Below, in pieces: positions 26,178 through 34,378 of a stretch of 36,330 nt of DNA. The position numbers were made by a program, and so were the translations under genes. Every line of letters begins with the position of its first letter. Position 1 is the first letter of the stretch. Source of the stretch: a virus. The stretch lies in IMG/VR virus record IMGVR_UViG_3300045988_012637, positions 1 to 36,330 of that record; one strand, 5' to 3'. A model generated the notes under the pieces. The model did no database searches and was not told where the DNA came from. It saw only the letters and a program-made list of their open reading frames with translations.

Positions 26178-26181
26178 GATC

Positions 26182-26592
26182 ATGGAAATATATAGAAAAT
26201 CAAATCACGATCTACTGCGGGTAGAAAAGCTACAAAACGGTAGACTAATGAGTAAGAGCAACGGCGAAACGAAGAGTTTCGAGAATTACAAGCAGTTCGC
26301 AGTACACCTGTACAACAAAGGTTTTCACATTGCTATGACTGACAGAAGCAGACAGTTTGCGCACAACTTTATAGAAGCCGGAAAAATGGAAGAACTTAAA
26401 AACCTTCTTCCCAATAATGAACTAGCGTTTAGAAAGGACGGCGATATATACACAGGGTGGTTTATAGCGTTCAAGCCGGACGGGTTCGTAGAACTAAAGA
26501 GCAATACGGATTTCTCGTACACCAACGAACTAGGATATAAAGCCGTAACGGTTAGGATTGATGAACTTATTTTAATTAGGGGAGATATTTAA
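26182..26592 (+). CDS. hypothetical protein (136 aa)
   Basis: ATG ORF; no motif recognised. Confidence 0.5.
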   Translation: MEIYRKSNHDLLRVEKLQNGRLMSKSNGETKSFENYKQFAVHLYNKGFHIAMTDRSRQFAHNFIEAGKMEELKNLLPNNELAFRKDGDIYTGWFIAFKPDGFVELKSNTDFSYTNELGYKAVTVRIDELILIRGDI

Positions 26593-26594
26593 TT

Positions 26595-27023
26595 ATGGTA
26601 GACTTCAATAAGAAACTAAAGGTAGACCGCATCAACCTATTTTGTGACGTGGTTACGAAGATGGCGCACGGAACGCCCGCCGAGGGCTACGCGATCGGGG
26701 ACGCTATTAAACAGTTACCGGAGAACCTGCAACAGTATCTAATATCAGAAGTACCGGACAGCATACTAAGAAGAGAGTACAGCCGCCGGGAACTACACAA
26801 GGGTGACAACGTAGCGTTCGAAGGGCCCGACACAGTGGCAGAGGTTTACAAGGAAGAAGTGTTTAACACCAATAAGGCGGAAGCCGTGAAAGACTTGCTA
26901 GGGATTAAATCGAAGTTCCCCGATATATTGGACGTTATCGCCGAGGTCCTTAAGTGTTTCCCGGAGCGGTACACGCTGGACGATATTTACGATATGTTGT
27001 ATAAAAAAGATTTAGGGTTATGA
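26595..27023 (+). CDS. hypothetical protein (142 aa)
   Basis: ATG ORF; no motif recognised. Confidence 0.5.
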   Translation: MVDFNKKLKVDRINLFCDVVTKMAHGTPAEGYAIGDAIKQLPENLQQYLISEVPDSILRREYSRRELHKGDNVAFEGPDTVAEVYKEEVFNTNKAEAVKDLLGIKSKFPDILDVIAEVLKCFPERYTLDDIYDMLYKKDLGL

Positions 27024-27238
27024 AAACAATAAGAATAGACGGACGTACATACGCTGCGGTGGAAGTAGACGAGAACTTAGTGTGCAAAGGTTGCATATTT
27101 TATACCGTTGGTTGGGACACGAACACTCCACAGTGTACAGCGGTTAATATCCCCGAGCTTCAATGCGACGCGGATAACAGGGAGGACGGGAAGAATGTGA
27201 TATTTAAATTAATGGCTAACAATGTTACAGAGGAGTAA
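27020..27238 (+). CDS. small Cys-containing protein (72 aa), possibly zinc-binding
   Basis: CKGC ... C ... C arrangement; ATGA coupling upstream. Confidence 0.45.
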   Translation: MKTIRIDGRTYAAVEVDENLVCKGCIFYTVGWDTNTPQCTAVNIPELQCDADNREDGKNVIFKLMANNVTEE

Positions 27239-28595
27239 TTTACATGGCTATCAGCGTACCGCCGTCGAGCATATCAAGGAACACCCGGACGCGGCTCTAT
27301 TCCTTGATATGGGGCTAGGAAAGACGGTGAGTACGCTAACAGCCGTAGCCGACCTAATAAACGAGTTCGAAGTAACTAAGGTGCTGATAGTAGCGCCTAA
27401 ACGCGTCGCGGAAATGACTTGGGGCGACGAGATCGAGAACTGGGCACATATCCGGCACCTTCGTTTATCGGTGATAAAGGGCACAGCGAAGCAACGCGAG
27501 ATAGCCGCACGGGCTGACGCTGACGTTTACACAGTGAGCCGGGACAATCTCGTTTGGCTTCTGCAAATGTGGGGCGGGTCTAGAGTACCGTACGACATGC
27601 TAGTACTGGACGAGTTAAGCAGCTTCAAGAACCACCAATCTAAACGCTTCAAGGCGGCAAAGATCATACGCCGAAGTGTTAGCCGGGTGGTGGGCCTGAC
27701 GGGAACGCCTGCGCCGAACGGACTAATAGACCTATGGGCGCAAATGTATTTAGTAGACGGCGGGCAACGGTTGGGAAAGACGATCACCGATTACCGGGCC
27801 AACTATTTCAGACCGGGCGCGCAGAACGGCGGGATCGTTTACGAGTACAAACCACTTGCAACGACCGAGGCGGTATTAGGCGAGAAGATAGCCGACATCA
27901 CGTTATCGATGAAAGCCCTGGACTTCTTGGATATGCCGGAACTTACGTACCTAAACAACTACGTAGAGTTATCGCCAAAGGTGAAGAAGCAGTACGATAA
28001 GTTTGAAGAGGATCAAGTGCTGGAGCTTATGCAGGAAGAAGAGATCACAGCGTTAAGCGCGGCAGCCCTATCGAACAAATTGTTACAGTTCGCGGGCGGT
28101 GCGATCTATGACGCAGACCGGCAGGTACACGAGGTCCACAACGAGAAACTGGAAACGCTGGTAGAGATGGTAGAGGCCGCGAACGGGTCGCCCGTGCTGG
28201 TGGCGTACAACTTCCAGCACGAGAAACACCGCATACTAAAGGCTCTAAAGGGCCTTGGGGCGGAAGCGCTGGAAGGCGTGGAGAGCGTACGCCGGTGGAA
28301 CGAGGGGAAGATACCCGTCCTAGTGACACACCCGGCTAGCGCGGGGCATGGTCTGAATATGCAGAAGGGCGGCAACCGTATAATATGGTACGGTACTACT
28401 TGGAGCCTGGAGTTATACCAACAGTTCAACGCCCGGCTATGGAGACAGGGACAAAAGAATAGTGTGTTTGTCCATCACATTATAACGCGGGGTACAATTG
28501 ACGAAAGGGTTATTGGAGCGTTGACCGGGAAAGCGGATACGCAAAACGGCTTAATGGATATGGTTAAGGAATTAATTAAAAAATATAGAATATGA
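27222..28595 (+). CDS. SNF2-family helicase/ATPase
   Basis: LHGYQ, motif I DMGLGKT, motif II LVLDELS, motif III LTGTPAPNGLIDLW, motif VI QQFNARLWRQGQ. Confidence 0.85.
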   Translation: MLQRSNLHGYQRTAVEHIKEHPDAALFLDMGLGKTVSTLTAVADLINEFEVTKVLIVAPKRVAEMTWGDEIENWAHIRHLRLSVIKGTAKQREIAARADADVYTVSRDNLVWLLQMWGGSRVPYDMLVLDELSSFKNHQSKRFKAAKIIRRSVSRVVGLTGTPAPNGLIDLWAQMYLVDGGQRLGKTITDYRANYFRPGAQNGGIVYEYKPLATTEAVLGEKIADITLSMKALDFLDMPELTYLNNYVELSPKVKKQYDKFEEDQVLELMQEEEITALSAAALSNKLLQFAGGAIYDADRQVHEVHNEKLETLVEMVEAANGSPVLVAYNFQHEKHRILKALKGLGAEALEGVESVRRWNEGKIPVLVTHPASAGHGLNMQKGGNRIIWYGTTWSLELYQQFNARLWRQGQKNSVFVHHIITRGTIDERVIGALTGKADTQNGLMDMVKELIKKYRI

Positions 28596-29320
28596 TATAC
28601 ATGGGGAGCAAGCGGCGGATAGCCGAACAAATTTTGACCATTATATTAGAAGGTAGAAAAGATGGTCAATATTATGTAGAGCCGTTCTGCGGAGGGTGCA
28701 ATATGATTGATAAAGTGCAGGGAAATAGAATAGCTAATGATAGAAACCCGTATTTAATTGCAATGTGGGAGGCGTTATCTTGGGGGTGGGACCCACCAAA
28801 GACCATAGACAGGGAGCATTATTGCAATGTGCGGACATGCTATAACCAAAATTCGGATGAGTACCCGATGCACTATGTAGGATGGGTGGGATTTGTGGGA
28901 AGCTTTAACGGAAGGTTTTTTGACGGGGGGTATTCAGGGCATTCAGTTATGGACGCGCACGGAGGAGTTGTAGATTATATAGGCAGAGCAGTTCGTAACA
29001 TATTAGCACAAGTCCCGTTAATAGAAGGGGTTCAATTCACTAATCACAGTTATGCAGATATGAGTATCCCCCCTAATTCTATTATATATTGTGACCCTCC
29101 GTATGCGGGTGTGAAAAAATACGCGTACTCGGTAGACCACGAAAATTTCTGGGCCTGGTGCAGAGAAAAAGTAGCCGAAGGGCATGATGTGTTTGTTTCC
29201 GAATACAACGCCCCGGACGATTTCGTTTGTGTATGGGAACAAAATTTGAGAGTACTCGTTAAACCCTGTAGCGGTAAACAAGCAGTAGAGAAATTATTTA
29301 TTCATAAATCAAGAGTATGA
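28592..29320 (+). CDS. N6-adenine DNA methyltransferase (Dam/D12-class-like), orphan
   Basis: MGSKRR N-terminus, SAM motif EPFCGGCN, catalytic DPPY (IIYCDPPYAG). No adjacent restriction endonuclease candidate. Confidence 0.8.
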   Translation: MIYMGSKRRIAEQILTIILEGRKDGQYYVEPFCGGCNMIDKVQGNRIANDRNPYLIAMWEALSWGWDPPKTIDREHYCNVRTCYNQNSDEYPMHYVGWVGFVGSFNGRFFDGGYSGHSVMDAHGGVVDYIGRAVRNILAQVPLIEGVQFTNHSYADMSIPPNSIIYCDPPYAGVKKYAYSVDHENFWAWCREKVAEGHDVFVSEYNAPDDFVCVWEQNLRVLVKPCSGKQAVEKLFIHKSRV

Positions 29321-30378
29321 ATGTATTGAGTTTATTTGACGGTATGAGTTGCGGGCAAATCGCCCTGACTAATCTGGGATGCTTCCCAAATAAATACTAC
29401 GCGTCCGAGGTGGATAAGTTCGCCATACAGCAGACGCGCCACGTGTTCCCGGAAACTATCCACATAGGTGACGTTACACAGGTAGACGTATCACAGTTGG
29501 ATAAAATAGATTTGATTATAGGCGGAAGCCCATGCCAATCGTTTTCATTTGCGGGGAAACAGGCGGGGATGGCTACGACGGAGAACATAGAGATAACCGA
29601 CCTGGATCAGTATCTCGACCTTAAAATAATGGGGTTCGAGTTTACCGGGCAGTCGTACCTGTTTTGGGAGTACATGCGGATATTGACGGAAGTACGGAAG
29701 TACAACCCGGACGTGAAGTTCCTGCTGGAGAATGTGGTTATGTCGAAGAAGTGGGAAGCGGTACTAACTAACGCGATCGGAGTTGAACCCGTAATGATTA
29801 ACAGCAACCTCGTATCCGCGCAGAACCGTAAACGCCTGTATTGGACGAACATCGCGGAGATCACGCAGCCGGAAGATGAGGGTATATTCATCCGTGATAT
29901 TCTCGAGGACGACGTAGACGGTATAATAGTAGCTAGTCGGGGAAGAACTGGCACGGACGGGGTGACCCGGCAACGCCTAGAGCCGAGAACGGACGGAAAG
30001 TCGAATTGCCTCACAACGGTGCAAAAAGATAACTTGTTGGCGGTATTTAAAGAAATGAGTCCGCGGGTGGGGGGCGTGTCAATCAGCGAGAACGGAATAA
30101 GACCCCGCAGGGGAGACGCGCGGAAGTCCGGTATCGGAGAACTGGGAACTATCCGGTTTGAGTCTTCTAAAGCGGACACGCTCCTAACGAATGCGAAACA
30201 ATTGATATTAGATCAAGCCCACCGTATAAGACGGTTAACGCCTGTGGAGTGCGCGCGCTTGCAGACCGTGCCGGACTGGTACGAGTGGGCAGTGTCGGAC
30301 ACGCAGATATACCGGATGTGCGGGAACGGTTGGACGGTCAAAGTTATTGAACATATATTAAAAAATTTATTCGTATGA
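29317..30378 (+). CDS. DNA cytosine-5 methyltransferase, orphan
   Basis: Motif I LSLFDGMSCG, motif IV GGSPCQSFSFAG, motif VI LLENV, motif VIII QNRKRLYW, motif X CGNGW. Confidence 0.9.
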   Translation: MNVLSLFDGMSCGQIALTNLGCFPNKYYASEVDKFAIQQTRHVFPETIHIGDVTQVDVSQLDKIDLIIGGSPCQSFSFAGKQAGMATTENIEITDLDQYLDLKIMGFEFTGQSYLFWEYMRILTEVRKYNPDVKFLLENVVMSKKWEAVLTNAIGVEPVMINSNLVSAQNRKRLYWTNIAEITQPEDEGIFIRDILEDDVDGIIVASRGRTGTDGVTRQRLEPRTDGKSNCLTTVQKDNLLAVFKEMSPRVGGVSISENGIRPRRGDARKSGIGELGTIRFESSKADTLLTNAKQLILDQAHRIRRLTPVECARLQTVPDWYEWAVSDTQIYRMCGNGWTVKVIEHILKNLFV

Positions 30379-30632
30379 AAAAGTTAATCAATTGGTGGAA
30401 GGCGTCTAATCGCTGGAAGCATTTCTTATTTGCAATCCCGCTTGGTGCGGTGTGTGGTGCTCCGTTCACTACGGGTGTGGGTTTAGGTATGGAAGTAAAG
30501 GATCACTTATACGGCGGGAAGGCTGATTTCGTAGATTTCCTTCTAACCGCGGTCGGCGGTGTGATCGGGCACGGCGTTATGCTGGTGGTGGGGCTGGACT
30601 ATGTGATAGGGTATTTAATCGATTTAATATAA
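30375..30632 (+). CDS. small membrane protein (85 aa)
   Basis: Two or three hydrophobic segments (HFLFAIPLGAVCGAPF, FLLTAVGGVIGHGVMLVVGL). Confidence 0.5.
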   Translation: MKKLINWWKASNRWKHFLFAIPLGAVCGAPFTTGVGLGMEVKDHLYGGKADFVDFLLTAVGGVIGHGVMLVVGLDYVIGYLIDLI

Positions 30633-30638
30633 TAAGGT

Positions 30639-30818
30639 ATGGAAAGTATGGAATTTCTTAGAATTTGCATTTGGACGGCGGTGATCGGTTTTGTGTGTAT
30701 GCTGGCGTTCCTATTATTTTGGAAGAGCGATAAAGGCGCGGCGGATATATTTCAAGTGCTTTTCGTATCGTTTTATGCAGTTTCAGTTTTAGCGGGTGTG
30801 TTATATTTAATATTTTAA
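30639..30818 (+). CDS. small membrane protein (59 aa)
   Basis: Hand translation gives MESMEFLRICIWTAVIGFVCMLAFLLFWKSDKGAADIFQVLFVSFYAVSVLAGVLYLIF, with two TM helices. It fills an otherwise empty gap. Confidence 0.45.
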   Translation: MESMEFLRICIWTAVIGFVCMLAFLLFWKSDKGAADIFQVLFVSFYAVSVLAGVLYLIF

Positions 30819-30821
30819 ATT

Positions 30822-31109
30822 ATGGAAAATATGAATTACTTATTTGAGATGCAACAGATTGAAGAGATGCAGAAAGCAACGGGCCGTTTCAAGACAGCCC
30901 TAGGGAAAGAGGGCAAACCGCAGTGCGAACGTATTACAAAGATCGCGCCCGATAAAGTGGAGGTTTACGCCGAGCGCGTACCGCGTAGCGCTAAAGAGAT
31001 TACGACGATCACGATTTACAGGAAGAGCGAGCCGGAACGCCGGGTGGACTTATCAAGAATTGAGGCGTTGCGTTTGATTGGCGAACTTAAGGAGGCGTTG
31101 AAGCTATGA
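30822..31109 (+). CDS. hypothetical protein (95 aa)
   Basis: ATG ORF. Confidence 0.5.
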   Translation: MENMNYLFEMQQIEEMQKATGRFKTALGKEGKPQCERITKIAPDKVEVYAERVPRSAKEITTITIYRKSEPERRVDLSRIEALRLIGELKEALKL

Positions 31110-31204
31110 GGGGGGCAATGAAAATGCTGGGACAAATGGTCCTGGCGATAGCGGCGGGAATTGCGCTTGGTTGTATTTTAGTATGTATCTTAAATAATTT
31201 ATAG
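31106..31204 (+). CDS. possible small membrane peptide (32 aa)
   Basis: Hand translation gives MRGAMKMLGQMVLAIAAGIALGCILVCILNNL. ATGA overlap upstream, and its stop lies 1 nt before the next ATG. Confidence 0.35.
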   Translation: MRGAMKMLGQMVLAIAAGIALGCILVCILNNL

Positions 31205-31205
31205 T

Positions 31206-31745
31206 ATGCCGACACCATATATTAAGAAGAAACAAAGAAAAGTGCTGCTTATCGAAGATATGGCACGAGTTTATAACATTCACGCGTTTTTCATATTCAA
31301 CTGGCTTGAGGCAAACGGCGTGAAGTACGCCAAGGTGAAGGGCAAACCGTTCCACGCCGTAAATGCCGAGATATTCTGCGAGGCGATCCGGGACATAATG
31401 TACGCGGCTAGCAAGGTACGGGACGACAGGAACACCCGGATCGAACCGGAACGCATTCCGACAATAGAGAATATGCTGTACCGTGACAAGGACAAGAAGC
31501 GCGTAGGACCGTACGAGAATGACGATATAGAACGCCCGATCTATGCGAGCAAGGACACAGTTTTAAACCGTAACGGGGTGGAGGTCTCCATGTTATACAG
31601 GGTTAATATGTACTGCGATGGCAGTAGGACGCTAGACAAGTTGAACCACCGTACTTTGAAATGGGAAAACATAGAAAGGGCGGAGAAATGGAAATGTAAA
31701 GATATTTTGGACGATTGGAAGGTTCTGTATAACTTGGATTGTTAA
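31206..31745 (+). CDS. hypothetical protein (179 aa), possible DNA-binding N-terminus
   Basis: ATG ORF. The N-terminal basic stretch followed by LIEDMARVYNIHAFFIFNWLEANGV is HTH-like. It is the last gene before the late-operon control region. Confidence 0.45.
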   Translation: MPTPYIKKKQRKVLLIEDMARVYNIHAFFIFNWLEANGVKYAKVKGKPFHAVNAEIFCEAIRDIMYAASKVRDDRNTRIEPERIPTIENMLYRDKDKKRVGPYENDDIERPIYASKDTVLNRNGVEVSMLYRVNMYCDGSRTLDKLNHRTLKWENIERAEKWKCKDILDDWKVLYNLDC

Positions 31746-31751
31746 TTGGAT

Positions 31752-31803
31752 TTAACTAAAAGTCGTGTTTTCGTATAAAAACGTTAATGCGACTTTTAGT
31801 TAA
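31752..31803 (+). terminator. 14-bp perfect hairpin TTAACTAAAAGTCG-(24 nt)-CGACTTTTAGTTAA, likely a transcription stop or processing structure
   Basis: Perfect inverted repeat starting 7 nt after the stop at 31745. The loop contains an inner GTTTT/AAAAC pairing. It is followed by an A-run rather than a T-run. Confidence 0.5.
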
Positions 31804-31824
31804 AAAATTTAACGCACTTCGGAA

Positions 31825-31856
31825 AAAACTTTGTGAGAGAAAACTTTTTAGAGAGA
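31825..31856 (+). repeat. two adjacent 16-nt direct repeats (AAAACTTTGTGAGAGA / AAACTTTTTAGAGAGA)
   Basis: Read directly from the sequence; imperfect. Confidence 0.6.
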
Positions 31857-31989
31857 ATGCTTGATTTTAACGGTATTTTAACTAAAAAGCCTGTTTTTGA
31901 CAAAAAAGTGGTGAAAACGTCTTTGACAACTCGATTTCATGTTTGACACCCGACCAGCTCCACAGGACGCAGAACGCGCTTTTCAAGTT

Positions 31990-32021
31990 TTTGATGTGAA
32001 AGATTAAAATTTGTATCTTTG
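31990..32021 (+). promoter_or_regulatory. strong Bacteroidota-type promoter P-C1 (-33 TTTG, 20-nt spacer, -7 TATCTTTG)
   Basis: Consensus boxes; 27 nt identical to P-A1. Confidence 0.7.
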
Positions 32022-32232
32022 ACACTTAACTTGCTTATTTATAGTACTTTATCATATAATATATACTATATGTCAAAGATGGAAAGATATATACTAGTGG
32101 ATTACATTATAAAAAGTAATAATATAGTTAACATAAATATACTATTGTATAAAAAGGATAATAAAATTATGGAAAATATTTAAAATATATCTATAGGGAA
32201 AACGTCTTTTTATCTTTCCATCGTTGACACTT
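32003..32232 (+). other. copy C of the paralogous promoter / conserved leader / AT-rich core / 3' box element
   Basis: Collinear with 15860..16078. GTCAAAGATGGAAAGATA (32072-32089) and TATCTTTCCATCGTTGAC (32211-32228) form a 17/18 inverted repeat that encloses the A/T core. Confidence 0.5.
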
Positions 32233-32318
32233 GGGCTGAAATGCCCTGTTCATCGGGGTTTGGGGGTGGAATGATGTTTTTGGTAGGTGGAAAGATGGCA
32301 ATTTGGGCGGAAAAAGAG

Positions 32319-32326
32319 TAATTTTG
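32319..32326 (+). promoter_or_regulatory. possible -7 box TAATTTTG just upstream of terS
   Basis: Fits TAnnTTTG, 22 nt before the ATG at 32349. No -33 at canonical spacing. Confidence 0.3.
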
Positions 32327-32348
32327 TAGAGTTGTAAATAAAAATTAT

Positions 32349-33038
32349 ATGGCTATAAAGAAGAAAGAAATTATAGAGACGAAGGAAGCGGTGCAGCTGC
32401 CAAAAGTCGAGAAGGTTAGGCCGGATTACGCGCACTTCCGTCTAGCTCCCACATACGCGACCACCAAGTATTTGGCGGACTCGTTCAATTACACCAAGTG
32501 CTACCAGGTCGCCACGGCGCACTTAGGTATGACGCCCATTTGGCAGGAGCCGAAGGAGCTGTGGGAGGCATACGCGATTTACTCGGCTTGGTGCGAGGCT
32601 ACGCCCGTTATAACAATGGAGGCTGTAAAGTCCGGTAACATGGCTGGAACGCTCTACGAAGTGCCGAAGAAACACCTTCAATCGGAGGGTGAGTTCTGCA
32701 TGTTTCTGGGCGCTAGCGTCAGTTATCTAAACAGGAGGCGGGCTGCATACGCCGAGAACCTGAAAGAGTTCGATCTGACGATATGCGCGGACTTTATCGA
32801 AGTGATTGATAAGATACGCGACGCCATCGCACAGGACCTCGATCAAGGTGCGACGGTGGGACAGTTCGACGCCAACTACGTTCGTGCTCTACGGGGCATT
32901 AAAACGCAGATGGACTACACTTCTAACGGCGAAGCTATCAAGGGCGGCTTGACGGTTAACGTAACCGATCCGAAAGTGCGTGCGAAGGTTAGCTCAATCA
33001 AGAACTTTAAAAAGGATCATAAAGAGGAGGAGAAATAA
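32349..33038 (+). CDS. terS: putative terminase small subunit
   Basis: 229-aa ORF directly upstream of terL and coupled to it by TAATG. The ELWEAYAIYSAWCEA segment resembles small-terminase N-terminal regions. Mostly positional. Confidence 0.5.
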   Translation: MAIKKKEIIETKEAVQLPKVEKVRPDYAHFRLAPTYATTKYLADSFNYTKCYQVATAHLGMTPIWQEPKELWEAYAIYSAWCEATPVITMEAVKSGNMAGTLYEVPKKHLQSEGEFCMFLGASVSYLNRRRAAYAENLKEFDLTICADFIEVIDKIRDAIAQDLDQGATVGQFDANYVRALRGIKTQMDYTSNGEAIKGGLTVNVTDPKVRAKVSSIKNFKKDHKEEEK

Positions 33039-34210
33039 TGAATTGCACCTATGTATTCAATAAGATGATAGGACCGTTTTGCGACCCCTATATAAGAGGT
33101 ATAGCGAGCAAGGGCGGTACGCGTTCATCAAAGACGTGGAGTGTGTTACAGCTCCTCTATTTGGTCGCTAACGAAAGCACCGAGCCTCTGATGATCTCGT
33201 GTGTTACCGACACGCTCCCGGCGGTCAAGCGCGGTATGTTCCGTGACTTCCAGAATATGTTATTAGACGAGGGGGTCTGGGACGACAACGCGCTTAACAA
33301 GTCTGATCTGATCTACACGGTGAAGCCGGGGGTCTGCATCGAGTTCTTTGGGTGTGACAACGCGTCGAAGGTTCACGGCCCGGCCCGTGACATTCTTTTC
33401 ATCAACGAGGCGCAGCGTGTGCCCCGCGAGATATTCCGACAGTTGGACGTACGTACCACGATCAAGGTTATCATTGACTTTAACCCGGTGCGGCGGTTCT
33501 GGGGTGAGACGGACTTCACAGGCGACAAGTACGTAACGATCCACTCGACGTACAAGGATAACCCGTACTTGTCCAAGCAACAAGTAGAGGCGATAGAACG
33601 AAACGCCAAGGACGCCAATTGGTGGCGCGTATACGGTGAAGGGCTGACTGGCGGGCTGGAAGGCCTCGTATATCCCCAAATTGAGACGATCGATAGTCTA
33701 CCGGAGGATTTAACGGGCGAGGACGTTAAGTTCGTCACAGGGCTTGATTTCGGCTTCCAGAACGACCCGACCGCTATTGTTAAAATCTACATGCGGGGCA
33801 TGAACCTGTATATCGACGAGGTGTGCTACGAGACGAAGATGTTAAACCGAACGATCGCCGAGCGGCTTAAGGCGGAAAGGCTGGACCGTACCATTACGGT
33901 ATGCGACAACGCCGAACAGAAGTCTATTATAGAGCTACGCGGCCTAGGCTGTAACACGATCCCATGTATCAAGGGGAAAGGATCGATCCGTGCGGGCATA
34001 CAACAGGTGAAGCAGTTCAACCTGTTCGTAACGAAGCGGAGCACTAACGTACTGGACGAGGCGGACAATTACACCTACGTCAAGGACAACCTAACGGACA
34101 CGTACACAAACGAGCCGGTAGACGCTTACAACCACGCATTGGACGCTGTGCGTTATGGCGTTGACTATCTTATACGTAAATACCGCCCGAGATACGCAAA
34201 TAATGATTAG
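33038..34210 (+). CDS. terL: terminase large subunit (PBSX/Terminase_3-like)
   Basis: Walker A GIASKGGTRSSKTWS, Walker B ILFINEA, C-terminal nuclease region with DAYNHALDAVRYG. Confidence 0.85.
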   Translation: MNCTYVFNKMIGPFCDPYIRGIASKGGTRSSKTWSVLQLLYLVANESTEPLMISCVTDTLPAVKRGMFRDFQNMLLDEGVWDDNALNKSDLIYTVKPGVCIEFFGCDNASKVHGPARDILFINEAQRVPREIFRQLDVRTTIKVIIDFNPVRRFWGETDFTGDKYVTIHSTYKDNPYLSKQQVEAIERNAKDANWWRVYGEGLTGGLEGLVYPQIETIDSLPEDLTGEDVKFVTGLDFGFQNDPTAIVKIYMRGMNLYIDEVCYETKMLNRTIAERLKAERLDRTITVCDNAEQKSIIELRGLGCNTIPCIKGKGSIRAGIQQVKQFNLFVTKRSTNVLDEADNYTYVKDNLTDTYTNEPVDAYNHALDAVRYGVDYLIRKYRPRYANND

Positions 34211-34219
34211 ATTTGCAGC

Positions 34220-34378
34220 ATGAAAGTAGACGACCGAGTACGACTTAAATACGATTACGCCGGGGACACGGGAACGGTTACAGAGACCGACGTGTTAGGC
34301 GTGGTTGTACATTGGGACGGATCGGACGTTGAGGAGTGGTATTATTACGAAGAACTAGAACTGATTGAATATGAGTAA
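34220..34378 (+). CDS. small hypothetical protein (52 aa), SH3/Tudor-like beta character
   Basis: Hand translation gives MKVDDRVRLKYDYAGDTGTVTETDVLGVVVHWDGSDVEEWYYYEELELIEYE. ATGAGTAA overlap with the next gene. Confidence 0.4.
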   Translation: MKVDDRVRLKYDYAGDTGTVTETDVLGVVVHWDGSDVEEWYYYEELELIEYE

